Both the position numbers and the translations under genes were made by a program. Shown here piece by piece: positions 9,329 to 18,920 of a stretch of DNA of 64,000 nucleotides (its first letter is position 1; each line of letters begins with the position of its first letter). Source of the DNA: Muribaculaceae bacterium (lineage in GTDB: Bacteria; Bacteroidota; Bacteroidia; Bacteroidales; Muribaculaceae); assembly GCA_045576735.1 (NCBI GenBank), contig JAZNGZ010000062.1:1127-65126 (forward strand). The letters are read 5' to 3'. Below the pieces are notes generated by a model. It searched no databases and had not been told where the DNA came from. It saw only the letters and a program-made list of their open reading frames with translations.

Positions 9329-10360
9329 TTATGATAGATGATTCCACCCTTGAGCTTTTAAGGGGATTTCTGCTCCATCTCGAGTAATCATTGAGCATCC
9401 TAGATTCTCGGGTGTAATATATCCAATAATTTTTATCCCTTCTATTTTTGTTATGTTTTCGTTTTGGTGTAGTGGTACAGTAAATAATAATTCATAATCT
9501 TCTCCACCATTTAATGCAGCGGTTACTAAATTCATATTTAATTCCTCTGCCATAATAGCCGTTTGATAATCAATAGGTATTCGATCCTCATATATTCGAC
9601 ACCCAACATTGCTATTATTACAAATGTGTAATAATTCAGACGAAAGACCATCTGAAACGTCAATCATTGATGTAGGAATTATTGAATTCTTATTTAATAA
9701 TTCAATAATATCCCTTCTAGCTTCAGGTTTTAATTGGCGTTCTATTAAATATTCTTTGCCTTGAAATTGAGGTTGGAAATCATTTTGCCCTGCTGATGCT
9801 ATTTTTTCGCGTTCAAGAAGTTGTAAACCCATATATGCAGCTCCTAAATCACCACTTACACAAATTAAATCCGTGTTTTTAGCCCCATTGCGATATGTGA
9901 TTTTTCCTTCGGGTGCATCTCCTATACAAGTGATACTTATCGTGAGGCCTGCGCGAGATGAAGTTGTATCTCCACCTACAATATCAACATTATAAATATC
10001 GCAAGCTAGTCTTATTCCACTATACAACTGTTCTATATGTTCGACAGTGAAACGTTTTGAAATACCTAATGATACGACAATCTGTCGAGGTGTTCCGTTC
10101 ATTGCATAAATATCGGAAAAATTGACTACTGCAGCTTTGTATCCTAAGTGCTTAAGGGGTACATAAGTTAAGTCAAAATGAACACCTTCCATTAATATAT
10201 CGGTCGATATAAGGATTTTGCTATTTTCATAATTCAGAACTGCGCAATCGTCACCAATTCCATATAAAGATGAACTATTTTTTAACGATATATTTTTTGT
10301 GATATGCTCTATTAGCCCAAATTCTCCAAGTTGAGAGATTTCTGTTTCTTTTTCTGACAT
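9329..10360 (-). CDS. thiL: Thiamine-monophosphate kinase
   Basis: PurM/AIR-synthase-related motifs GIGDDCAV, VGGDTT, DVSDGL and GGEDYELLFTV. Confidence 0.88.
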   Translation of the reverse strand: MSEKETEISQLGEFGLIEHITKNISLKNSSSLYGIGDDCAVLNYENSKILISTDILMEGVHFDLTYVPLKHLGYKAAVVNFSDIYAMNGTPRQIVVSLGISKRFTVEHIEQLYSGIRLACDIYNVDIVGGDTTSSRAGLTISITCIGDAPEGKITYRNGAKNTDLICVSGDLGAAYMGLQLLEREKIASAGQNDFQPQFQGKEYLIERQLKPEARRDIIELLNKNSIIPTSMIDVSDGLSSELLHICNNSNVGCRIYEDRIPIDYQTAIMAEELNMNLVTAALNGGEDYELLFTVPLHQNENITKIEGIKIIGYITPENLGCSMITRDGAEIPLKAQGWNHLS

Positions 10361-10361
10361 A

Positions 10362-11174
10362 TTATAGTTGTGTGATAAGTTTTTGCATAATTTTAACCAT
10401 ATTAGGTTGAGCAGTCATTGCTGCTTTCTGTACCTCTTCGTGAGTTGGTATATCAGTTATATCTTTTCCGCCAAGATCGGTTATTACTGATATACCAAAT
10501 ACTTCCATTGACGCATGGTTTGCAACGATAACTTCCGGAACAGTTGACATTCCCACAGCGTCTCCGCCAATTACTCGGAAGAATTCGTATTCGGCAGGAG
10601 TTTCAAATGTAGGTCCAGCTGTACCAACATATACTCCATGCATAACTCGAATATTTTCTGTTGAAGCGATATCATCAGCTAATTTTATTAAACGTTTACT
10701 ATATGCTTCGGTCATAGCCGGGAAACGTGTTCCTAGTTGTTCATAATTGCGACCTCTTAATGGATTTTCGGGAAAAAGATTTATGTGATCTGTGATAATC
10801 ATTATGTCTCCAACCTTAAATTCTTTATTCATTCCGCCGGCGGCATTACTAACAAAAAGAGTTTTTATATTTAATTGCTGCATTACTCTTATAGGGAATG
10901 TAACCTCTTTCATATCATACCCTTCGTAATAATGAAAACGACCTTGCATAGCCATGACTCGTTTCCCCCCAAGGGTGCCAAAAATAAGTTTACCGCTATG
11001 CCCTTCTACTGTTGAGAGGGGAAAGTTGGGAATATCCTTATAGGGTATGTATTGAGAATCTTCAATTGAGTCAACTAAGGCTCCTAGTCCGGTACCAAGA
11101 ATAATAGCAATTTGAGGAATATCATTAATTTTCGATTTAATAAAATCGGCTGTTTCAATTATTTTCGTAAGCAT
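10362..11174 (-). CDS. Purine nucleoside phosphorylase (trimeric PNP / inosine-guanosine type)
   Basis: EGHSGKLIFG, GRFHYYEGY, VSNAAGG and MSTVPEV blocks are typical of PNP family 2. Length is 270 aa. Confidence 0.9.
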   Translation of the reverse strand: MLTKIIETADFIKSKINDIPQIAIILGTGLGALVDSIEDSQYIPYKDIPNFPLSTVEGHSGKLIFGTLGGKRVMAMQGRFHYYEGYDMKEVTFPIRVMQQLNIKTLFVSNAAGGMNKEFKVGDIMIITDHINLFPENPLRGRNYEQLGTRFPAMTEAYSKRLIKLADDIASTENIRVMHGVYVGTAGPTFETPAEYEFFRVIGGDAVGMSTVPEVIVANHASMEVFGISVITDLGGKDITDIPTHEEVQKAAMTAQPNMVKIMQKLITQL

Positions 11175-11186
11175 AATTATAGGAGG

Positions 11187-12278
11187 TTAATTTTTATTAT
11201 TTTTTTCGATACATTGAATTAATGTGTCAATAAATGGTTTGTCATTATTATTTTGTTCAAATTCAACAGCAATTGGTAAATAATATATATATGGCATCAA
11301 CTCATGTGGAAAATAGGGGTTGTTGACAAATCTCACTGCATCTTTTTCAGTAGTGACAATATATTTATTATTAGCATCAAGCGAATTGAATCGTTTTAGA
11401 ATTATATCTATGTCTTTGCGAGCAAAGTTGTGGTGGTCGGGAAATACAGAAATCTTGACTTTAAAGTCATATTTTTTTAACTGTTTTACAAATGGTCGCG
11501 GATTTCCAATTCCTGATACAGCCAAAATAATATCATTGTTATCAAGCCAATCTAAAAATGGAATTGTGTGACATTTGTCGGGAAACAAGGGCACTAATTG
11601 CCCATAAGTATACCTTGAAAACGAAATGTGTTGATATGGAAATGTTTTAAGTTTATTTATGAAAATGCGAGACTCCATAGGTTTGATAATCTCGGGACAT
11701 TTTGTTACTACGACCATATCGGCACGATTAAGGCCCTCAATTGGTTCACGTAGATTTCCATATGGCAACAAATTGTCATAAAAAAGAGGACGACTAAATT
11801 CAGTTAAGAGAATAGCCACAGTGGGTTTAACATATCTATGCTGAAACGCATCATCAAGGATAATTAGGTTAATGCTTTTGTCTAAGCGCAATAACTCGTT
11901 TATACCATGGCATCTGTTTTCGCATACTGCAACCGGAATAATACCGCCAAATTTATGAAATATTTGATATGGCTCATCTCCAATATCGTTAGGTGTAGAA
12001 TGATTTGTTGCTAAAACAAACCCTTTGGTATTACGTTTATACCCTCGGCTTATTACACCTATGTTATATCGATGTTTTAATTCATTGATGATATATTCGG
12101 TGTGAGGAGTTTTTCCGGTACCACCTACTGCTAAATTTCCTACGACTACAATTGGCACATCAAATTCTTGCTGCTTTAAGATGCCCCATTCAAACAAACG
12201 ATTACGAAAAGTCACACCTAAGCCATATAGTTTAGATAGGGCCATAAGTAGATATTTCGGTAAAAGTTTGCGGTTCAT
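11187..12278 (-). CDS. lpxK: Tetraacyldisaccharide 4'-kinase
   Basis: P-loop VGNLAVGGTGKTP, a length of about 360 aa, and LDDAFQHR. Confidence 0.88.
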   Translation of the reverse strand: MNRKLLPKYLLMALSKLYGLGVTFRNRLFEWGILKQQEFDVPIVVVGNLAVGGTGKTPHTEYIINELKHRYNIGVISRGYKRNTKGFVLATNHSTPNDIGDEPYQIFHKFGGIIPVAVCENRCHGINELLRLDKSINLIILDDAFQHRYVKPTVAILLTEFSRPLFYDNLLPYGNLREPIEGLNRADMVVVTKCPEIIKPMESRIFINKLKTFPYQHISFSRYTYGQLVPLFPDKCHTIPFLDWLDNNDIILAVSGIGNPRPFVKQLKKYDFKVKISVFPDHHNFARKDIDIILKRFNSLDANNKYIVTTEKDAVRFVNNPYFPHELMPYIYYLPIAVEFEQNNNDKPFIDTLIQCIEKNNKN

Positions 12279-12288
12279 ATTATAAAAA

Positions 12289-14046
12289 TTAGCGTATTAC
12301 AATATCTTCCATTTTGCACTGTATGGGCGACATGCTTTTTATACGATTAATAAGTTTGAAGTACTCTTGAAGCTCTCCCACTTCGGTAGGCATCATTTTC
12401 ACCTCAGAAAGTTGGCCTGAGGCAAGTAGTTGGCTGAAGATTGTTGATTCATATATTGGGTAATCAATCGTAGCCTCAATATTTGTCTCTTCTTTCATCG
12501 CTTTAATAGCTTCATTTAGACCGCCAAATTCATCGATTAGCCCTATTTCTTTTGCGGATATGCCATCCCATACTCTCCCCTCGGCAATCTTCTTAATATC
12601 ATCGATTGAACATTTTCGACCATCGGCACAACGTTGTGTAAAAGTCTCATAACCTTGATCAATCATGCTTTGCATTTTTTCGCGTTGAAAATCAGTCATT
12701 GGCTTAATTGTAGAGGGGAAGTCTCCATTAAGATTTGTACTTACGTTATCTGTTGTTATGCCAAGGTTATCATTGATTAATCCTTTTACATTAGGAATAA
12801 TACCAAAAATACCTATTGAACCGGTTAGGGTTGTTTGTTTAGCAAAAATTTTGTCGGCACCACATGAAATATAATATCCTCCCGATGCGGCATAATCGCC
12901 CATTGAAACGTAGAAAGGTTTGCCGGTTTTTTTGAATTGTTCGAGTGCTTCCCATATTTGTTCTGAGGCAAATGCGCTACCACCTCCTGAATTAACACGT
13001 AATATTAACCCTTTTACATTTTCGTTTTTAGCTAATGCTAGAATTTGAGGAACAATATCTGTGCCAACTATTCCACCATCTCCTGAGTCAACAATATCAC
13101 CTGTCGCATATAATATTGCGATGTGGTCGTGATTAATGTCATTAATCAAATTACGTTTAATGCTACAATAATCACGAATGCCAATATAGTTAATTTTTTC
13201 AGACGAATCAAGACCAAGACTCTTGTGCATCATGTCTTCAACTTCATGACGATAGGATAATTTGTCAGCAATCTTATAATCAATGTGTTTTTCGCCTGAG
13301 TTAGTGAATACGAGGCTATCGGCCCACATATTTACATCTTGGACGGTAACATTGCGAGATTGAGCTATTTGAGAAGAAATTTCAGCCCAAATATTGCCTA
13401 TGTACTTTTCTTGTTGTTCTCGGCTAGCATCGCTCATTTGTGTCAATATAAATGGTTCAACAGCGCTTTTATAAGTACCAACTTTAATAACCTGTGCCTC
13501 TACTCCAATCTTATCCATCAATCCTTTATAAAATATTGTTGTAGCAGATAATCCTGTAATTTGAGCGCTTCCAACCGGATTTAAAAACAATGAGTCAGAA
13601 ACAGATGCGATATAATAATCTCCTAGAGAATAATTATCACCATATGCATATACCCATTTGCCCGATTTTTTAAAGTCGATAATGGCATCATGTATTTCAT
13701 GGTAGCTCGCAACACCGAGAGAAGAACCAATACATTCAATGAAAATGCCCTTTATATTATCATCATTTTTTGCTTCTTCAAGCGCAAATAATATGTCGTT
13801 ATATGTAATGGCATCTTCATTATATGCTTGAAGATCATACACTGTTTTAATAGGCTTTTCGCGCTCTTGAATATTTCCACTTAGTTTTAAGTGTAAGACG
13901 CTATTCTTGTCCAATGATGCGCTCGTTTCAGAGCCTGAGCCTGCTGCAATAATAATAAAAACAATAAATGTTACACCTAGTATGATAAGTGAAATCCAAA
14001 ATCCGGCAATTGAGCCAAGCATTGCCGTTAAAAATTTTTTCATCAT
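12289..14046 (-). CDS. sppA: Signal peptide peptidase SppA, 67K type
   Basis: N-terminal TM helix and two S49 peptidase domains (SGGGSAFASE, AASGGYYIS). Length is 585 aa. Confidence 0.9.
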   Translation of the reverse strand: MMKKFLTAMLGSIAGFWISLIILGVTFIVFIIIAAGSGSETSASLDKNSVLHLKLSGNIQEREKPIKTVYDLQAYNEDAITYNDILFALEEAKNDDNIKGIFIECIGSSLGVASYHEIHDAIIDFKKSGKWVYAYGDNYSLGDYYIASVSDSLFLNPVGSAQITGLSATTIFYKGLMDKIGVEAQVIKVGTYKSAVEPFILTQMSDASREQQEKYIGNIWAEISSQIAQSRNVTVQDVNMWADSLVFTNSGEKHIDYKIADKLSYRHEVEDMMHKSLGLDSSEKINYIGIRDYCSIKRNLINDINHDHIAILYATGDIVDSGDGGIVGTDIVPQILALAKNENVKGLILRVNSGGGSAFASEQIWEALEQFKKTGKPFYVSMGDYAASGGYYISCGADKIFAKQTTLTGSIGIFGIIPNVKGLINDNLGITTDNVSTNLNGDFPSTIKPMTDFQREKMQSMIDQGYETFTQRCADGRKCSIDDIKKIAEGRVWDGISAKEIGLIDEFGGLNEAIKAMKEETNIEATIDYPIYESTIFSQLLASGQLSEVKMMPTEVGELQEYFKLINRIKSMSPIQCKMEDIVIR

Positions 14047-14111
14047 AAGCTTTTACTCTTTAAGATTTGTTTGTTATATGGGCGATTATGTCGTAATCGG
14101 CCTTATCGATA

Positions 14112-14143
14112 CAAAGATAATATAAAGCTATTGTTTTAACAAA
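14112..14143 (-). promoter_or_regulatory. Promoter for sppA-lpxK-PNP-thiL (-33 TTTG, 20-nt spacer, -7 TAtcTTTG)
   Basis: On the forward strand, caaagata at 14112-14119 and caaa at 14140-14143. The sppA start is at 14046. Confidence 0.6.
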
Positions 14144-14174
14144 AAATCAAGAGGCATTTTGTAGTGTGATTTGA

Positions 14175-16715
14175 TTAAAATGTTACGTGTAGGGCTATTC
14201 TAACGCCACTTTTGTCGACATTAGGATTGTTGCGATAGGTTAAACGCCACACATAATCAACTCGTAATATCTTGAACAGATTGTCAACCCCTATCCCAAC
14301 TTCCATATAAGGAGTTGACGTCATTTTGTTTGGTTGTGCAGTTTCGGGAAACTTAAATAGTTCAAGTGATTTTGTGGGGTCGTTCTTATCGCTTAAATGG
14401 CCGTATAGTCCTCTGAAAGAGAACGCTTCTCTTAATTTTAGCTTTTTTAGTAACGGAATATAATTTAGTAATGCTCCATTTGCCCAATATGTAATGTCCC
14501 ATGATGCATAGCTGTCGTTGATGAATTCTAGAGGGTTCATCAAAGCGAAACTTTCGGGTTGAATCGTATATGATAGGTTAGCATTGGCTAATAGTAGATT
14601 GGGGTAAGGAGACTTGCTCCACACGTGCCCTCCTTTTAATATGCAATCGGCAAATCCAAATGCCGAAAACCAAAAACGTTTCTGTGCACTAAATTCGGTC
14701 TTATTAACCTCGAACATACTACCTAAAAAGTTTCTCGGAGAGTAAGTGTGAGTTAATTCAAATATGGGAGCATCCAAATTTATAGGATATCTATGTGTTT
14801 TAGATTGATAAAACTTTTCACCGGGAGCATATCTGAGTTTAATTTTTAAAGCCGATTGATTGTAATGGTTAAATGAATTATTATAGCCATCAACAAATGG
14901 AACATATTGAGTTGCTTCTTGTCGATCAAATGATACTCCGGCTGTTAACGAAAAATTATTATGTAGTTCAAGGATATATTCCAAATTTGTAAAACGATGA
15001 TATGTCATCAGATTGTCTTCATGGCGTTTAAGCGATAAGAAAATATTATCCTTGTTGGTAAATGTATATTGTTGTCCGAGTTGATCTACGTCATAGGTGT
15101 GCGTTAATCTCAATGATTGTACGGGAAATTCACGAGAGTGATATTTTTTATCAATAAAAGAATACTCAAGTTCTCCGCTATACTTAATCTTTTTGTCTTT
15201 TGTGCCATATGCCACAAAGCCTCGAGCAAACAGCCTTTTATTTAGATTTGCAGTAGTTATGCCCCCTACTCTAAACCTCCAACCTTCAACATCATTATTG
15301 CTTATAAGGGTATTCATAGGACCAATGTCTATTTTAGAATCGGGAGCGGTGTGGATATAGCCTGATACTAACACTCGTAACACTTTTTCGGTCCAATAAT
15401 ATATGGGAACTCCTCTTAATTGTGTTAGTAGAGAACCTACCTTTTCTTCATTTTTAGTTATTGGAGTTGTGCGTATGCCATTCCAATAAGTATCATCTTG
15501 AATATAAGCGTTTTCCGCGACAATGCTTTCGCGATCATCGTTAAACAAATGCTGGTGTGGCGATGGAGTAAAGTTGTGGTTGGAATATGAAGTGTTTCTT
15601 CGTGCGTAAAGACCTTGAGCGCCAGGCAACACACTTATTTCCATTACCATGTCATCTTTTACTTTTAATCTGCTTCCATCATCAGCTTTTATAAATTCCT
15701 GATTTATATACATGTGGTCGATGAAGTTGAGGTTGATAGAAGGTGATATTTTCATGCTCACTTTCTTGATAAACATTGTCGTGTCTCCTTCGGGAACATA
15801 AATATATCCAACAAATCCAAATGTAGCTGAGTTGTGTGGTGCAAATGCTAATTGTATACATCGTTGATTGTCAATAACAATGGTGTCGTTAAGATAGAAT
15901 TTGTAGAAATCGGGAGCTATCTTTGACAGTGGGCTGACAAATCTGTTTTGCAGAATATTTATGTCATTTTCATATAAATCAATTTCGCGGAAGATGTCTT
16001 CAAGAAAAACTTGCATGCTTTCTTGGTCGGTAAGGTCATCAATACCGTTGCGTTTAATACCGGTAACATATTCTTTCTTTGCTTCGGGTTGCTTTCGGTA
16101 TATAACTTGCGAGGCTTTTTCTTTAACTGAAACATTTAGGATGGGCTTACCTGATACTTCTGAAGTGTCAACATATTCGTTTAGAAATTTGAACTGTTCA
16201 AACATCCAGCTATTTTGGGCCTTATCAGTGAAATTATTTAACCCAAGTGAGATTTTTTCATATTTGTCATAATTATAATAATCATTTCTGTAAGGATCAT
16301 TTTTCTCTTTGAGAGACCTGATTTTGTTTACAAAGATTACTGCCGGATTGTTTTTCTTTGAATATTTTTCTTTTGTTCTAGTTACAATAACCTCATCTAA
16401 TAATGTTTCTTGAGGTGTTAGTTTTATTTCGAGGATTGTGTCGATAGGTAATGTGACGTTAATTTCTTTTTTTTCATAACCTATTGATGTGACCTTAATT
16501 TTTGATGTGCGTTTATCTACTTTAATGCTAAATTCTCCTTGTTCGTTAGCCACATGTCCACTTTTTGAACTATTGATGTATATAGCTGCAAATGATACGG
16601 GTTCGTTTGTCTCAGCATCAGTAATAATCCCTTTTAACTGCCATGACTGTCCCATTGCAAATTGCGAGAACAATAAAAATATAAGAATTAAAAATATTGT
16701 ATTGAATTGGCGCAT
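14175..16715 (-). CDS. Carboxypeptidase-regulatory-like domain plus DUF5686-type outer-membrane protein
   Basis: Signal peptide, then GIITDAETNEPVSFAAIYI (CarboxypepD_reg-like fold), a long beta-rich body, and a C-terminal aromatic residue (..ALHVTF). The ATG at 16715 is preferred over the TTG at 16724. Confidence 0.65.
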   Translation of the reverse strand: MRQFNTIFLILIFLLFSQFAMGQSWQLKGIITDAETNEPVSFAAIYINSSKSGHVANEQGEFSIKVDKRTSKIKVTSIGYEKKEINVTLPIDTILEIKLTPQETLLDEVIVTRTKEKYSKKNNPAVIFVNKIRSLKEKNDPYRNDYYNYDKYEKISLGLNNFTDKAQNSWMFEQFKFLNEYVDTSEVSGKPILNVSVKEKASQVIYRKQPEAKKEYVTGIKRNGIDDLTDQESMQVFLEDIFREIDLYENDINILQNRFVSPLSKIAPDFYKFYLNDTIVIDNQRCIQLAFAPHNSATFGFVGYIYVPEGDTTMFIKKVSMKISPSINLNFIDHMYINQEFIKADDGSRLKVKDDMVMEISVLPGAQGLYARRNTSYSNHNFTPSPHQHLFNDDRESIVAENAYIQDDTYWNGIRTTPITKNEEKVGSLLTQLRGVPIYYWTEKVLRVLVSGYIHTAPDSKIDIGPMNTLISNNDVEGWRFRVGGITTANLNKRLFARGFVAYGTKDKKIKYSGELEYSFIDKKYHSREFPVQSLRLTHTYDVDQLGQQYTFTNKDNIFLSLKRHEDNLMTYHRFTNLEYILELHNNFSLTAGVSFDRQEATQYVPFVDGYNNSFNHYNQSALKIKLRYAPGEKFYQSKTHRYPINLDAPIFELTHTYSPRNFLGSMFEVNKTEFSAQKRFWFSAFGFADCILKGGHVWSKSPYPNLLLANANLSYTIQPESFALMNPLEFINDSYASWDITYWANGALLNYIPLLKKLKLREAFSFRGLYGHLSDKNDPTKSLELFKFPETAQPNKMTSTPYMEVGIGVDNLFKILRVDYVWRLTYRNNPNVDKSGVRIALHVTF

Positions 16716-16729
16716 TAATTTCAAATTAT

Positions 16730-16745
16730 TAATTTTGCAAAATTA
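16730..16745. promoter_or_regulatory. Perfect 16-bp palindrome TAATTTTGCAAAATTA, giving back-to-back -7 boxes on both strands
   Basis: It reads TAatTTTG on the plus strand (16730-16737, towards the CYTH gene) and TAatTTTG on the minus strand (16738-16745, towards the DUF5686 gene). Confidence 0.5.
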
Positions 16746-16823
16746 GTCAATAATTAATAAACGACTTTAGTAAAACTAACATTTTTATTGGTAAATAGGT
16801 TTATTTTAATGTAATTTTAGCCA

Positions 16824-17273
16824 ATGGCATTAGAGATAGAAAGAAAATTTTTGGTTATTAACGATATTTATCGTTTAATGGCGTCTAAATCGTACAACAT
16901 CAAGCAGGGATATTTGTCGACCCGTAAGGATGCTACTGTGAGGGTGCGCATTAAAAATAAGAATGCATTTATCACGGTAAAAGGTTTAAATAAGGGCGCT
17001 ACTCGATGTGAATGGGAATATTCTATACCTTATGATGATGCTATTGAAATGATGGCTTTATCTCAAGGAGTTGTTATTGATAAAATAAGATATATAGTGG
17101 AATATGAAGGGCTTATATGGGAAATTGATGAATTTAAAGGAGCCCATGAAGGTCTTGTTGTTGCTGAAATTGAGTTAAAAGACGAAAACGAAACGTTTCC
17201 CATTCCTCCATTTATTGGTGAGGAGGTGACAGGAAACGTTGCATATTATAATTCAACCTTAGCAGGTATTTAA
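16824..17273 (+). CDS. CYTH domain protein (CyaB/ThTPase-like triphosphate tunnel metalloenzyme)
   Basis: N-terminal ExExK signature in EIERKFLV, a 149-aa length, and VAEIEL near the C-terminus. Confidence 0.85.
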   Translation: MALEIERKFLVINDIYRLMASKSYNIKQGYLSTRKDATVRVRIKNKNAFITVKGLNKGATRCEWEYSIPYDDAIEMMALSQGVVIDKIRYIVEYEGLIWEIDEFKGAHEGLVVAEIELKDENETFPIPPFIGEEVTGNVAYYNSTLAGI

Positions 17274-17275
17274 TA

Positions 17276-18691
17276 TTAATCTTTTAATGTGAGTTTTACC
17301 ACAATTTCAACGTGGTGAGTGTGTGGGAACATATCTACCGGTTGAATTGCTTCAACTCGATATTTCTCGTCGAGTAAGGCTAAGTCACGAGCTTGAGTGG
17401 CAGGATTACAGCTCACATATACGATACGTCTTGGAGATGCGTTAAGTATCACATTTACAACATCATTATGCATGCCGGCTCTTGGTGGGTCAACAATCAT
17501 CACGTCGGGACGTCCATGCTTCTCAATAAACTCATCGGTCAAAACATCTTTCATATCGCCGGCGTAGAATAATGTGTTACTGATGTTGTTTACTTCAGAA
17601 TTTATTTTAGCATCGGCAATTGCTTCGGGTACATATTCAATACCTATAACTTTTTGAGCGTTTTTGGCGACAAAATTGGCGATAGTTCCGGTTCCGGTAT
17701 ATAGGTCATATACTAATTCATCTCCGGTTAATTCAGCGAAATTTCGAGCAACTTTATATAATTTGTAGGCTTGACGCGAATTTGTTTGGTAGAATGATTT
17801 TGGTCCTACTCTGAATCTAAGGCCTTCCATCTCCTCTTCAATATAATCTTTGCCATAGAAAGTAATTATTTCTTGGTCAGAAATTGTGTCATTGACTTTA
17901 AGATTAATTACATATTGCAAAGATGTGATTTGTGGGAAATTATCTTTTACAACATCAAGCAATTGTTTAATTTTATCTTGATCATCTTCGCCAAACACCA
18001 TCACGGCCATTATCTCGCCGGTTGAAGCTATGCGAATCATCAATGTTCTAAGTAGGCCTTGTTGTGCTCTTAAATCATAGAAACTATAGCCATTATCTTT
18101 GCCGTACTGCTTAATGAAAAGACGCAATTGGTTTCCAAAATCATCTTGGAGGTGGCATTTATTGATATCGAGCACCTTATCAAATGCGCCCGATATGTGG
18201 AATCCTGCGGCGTCTCTATCGGGAAACTCCTCTCCACTATTTAGTTGCTCATATGTGAGCCATTTTTTATTAGAGAAAGTGTATTCCATTTTGTTACGAT
18301 ACTCCCAAATGTTTTTTGACCCGAGAATTGGTGTGATTTCAGGGATTTCAATTTTCCCAATTCGTTCAAGAGCATCTTGCACCTGTTGTTGTTTGCATTT
18401 GAGTTGAAACTCATAAGGTAAATGTTGCCAGCGACAACCACCACATGTGCCGAAATGCTCACATTTAGGCACAACACGAATATCTGATGGCTGTACCATG
18501 CTGACGATATTCCCTTCGGCATACGATTTGCGTTTTTTGCGAAGTTTCACATCTACAACATCTCCGGGTGCTCCGTAGGGAATAAACACCACCATATCAT
18601 TAACCTTTGCAATGCTGTTGCCTTCAGCGGCAACATCTATAATTTCCACGCCTTCCAATGTGGGAAGGTCTCTCCTATTTTTACGTCCCAA
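17276..18691 (-). CDS. rlmD: 23S rRNA (uracil-C5)-methyltransferase RlmD/RumA family
   Basis: TRAM-like N-terminus, Fe-S cysteines CEHFGTCGGCRWQH, SAM site DLYTGTGTI and catalytic VSCNPAT. I place the start at the TTG at 18691 (MGRKNRRDLP...) because a TAatTTTG -7 box at 18715-18722 lies inside the longer ORF-track model. Confidence 0.8.
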   Translation of the reverse strand: MGRKNRRDLPTLEGVEIIDVAAEGNSIAKVNDMVVFIPYGAPGDVVDVKLRKKRKSYAEGNIVSMVQPSDIRVVPKCEHFGTCGGCRWQHLPYEFQLKCKQQQVQDALERIGKIEIPEITPILGSKNIWEYRNKMEYTFSNKKWLTYEQLNSGEEFPDRDAAGFHISGAFDKVLDINKCHLQDDFGNQLRLFIKQYGKDNGYSFYDLRAQQGLLRTLMIRIASTGEIMAVMVFGEDDQDKIKQLLDVVKDNFPQITSLQYVINLKVNDTISDQEIITFYGKDYIEEEMEGLRFRVGPKSFYQTNSRQAYKLYKVARNFAELTGDELVYDLYTGTGTIANFVAKNAQKVIGIEYVPEAIADAKINSEVNNISNTLFYAGDMKDVLTDEFIEKHGRPDVMIVDPPRAGMHNDVVNVILNASPRRIVYVSCNPATQARDLALLDEKYRVEAIQPVDMFPHTHHVEIVVKLTLKD

Positions 18692-18766
18692 AATCGTTAG
18701 AATTAAATTTTTTACAAAATTACGCAAAAAAGATGAGATATAACTTGGCACATAGATAAAATAAAC

Positions 18767-18802
18767 AAAAGGCTACCGAGTTTTGATGCTCGATAGCCTT
18801 TT
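18767..18802 (-). terminator. Intrinsic terminator downstream of the LRR gene (second of two)
   Basis: On the minus strand, AAAAGGCTATCGAG ... CTCGGTAGCCTTTT forms a helix with one G-U pair and is followed by GTTTATTTT. On the plus strand the same position would be a C-A mismatch. Confidence 0.7.
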
Positions 18803-18845
18803 GATGGATAAGTGATAAGATTTTAACAGAATGACAAAATATTAC

Positions 18846-18875
18846 AAAAAGACATAATTATATTGCATTTATGTC
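18846..18875 (-). terminator. AT-rich hairpin plus T5 downstream of the LRR gene (first of two)
   Basis: On the minus strand, GACATAA (18875-18869) pairs with TTATGTC (18857-18851) and is followed by TTTTTG. Confidence 0.45.
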
Positions 18876-18920
18876 ATTATGATAAATTGAGTCATTATGT
18901 TTAATTTCCCCTTTTTTATT

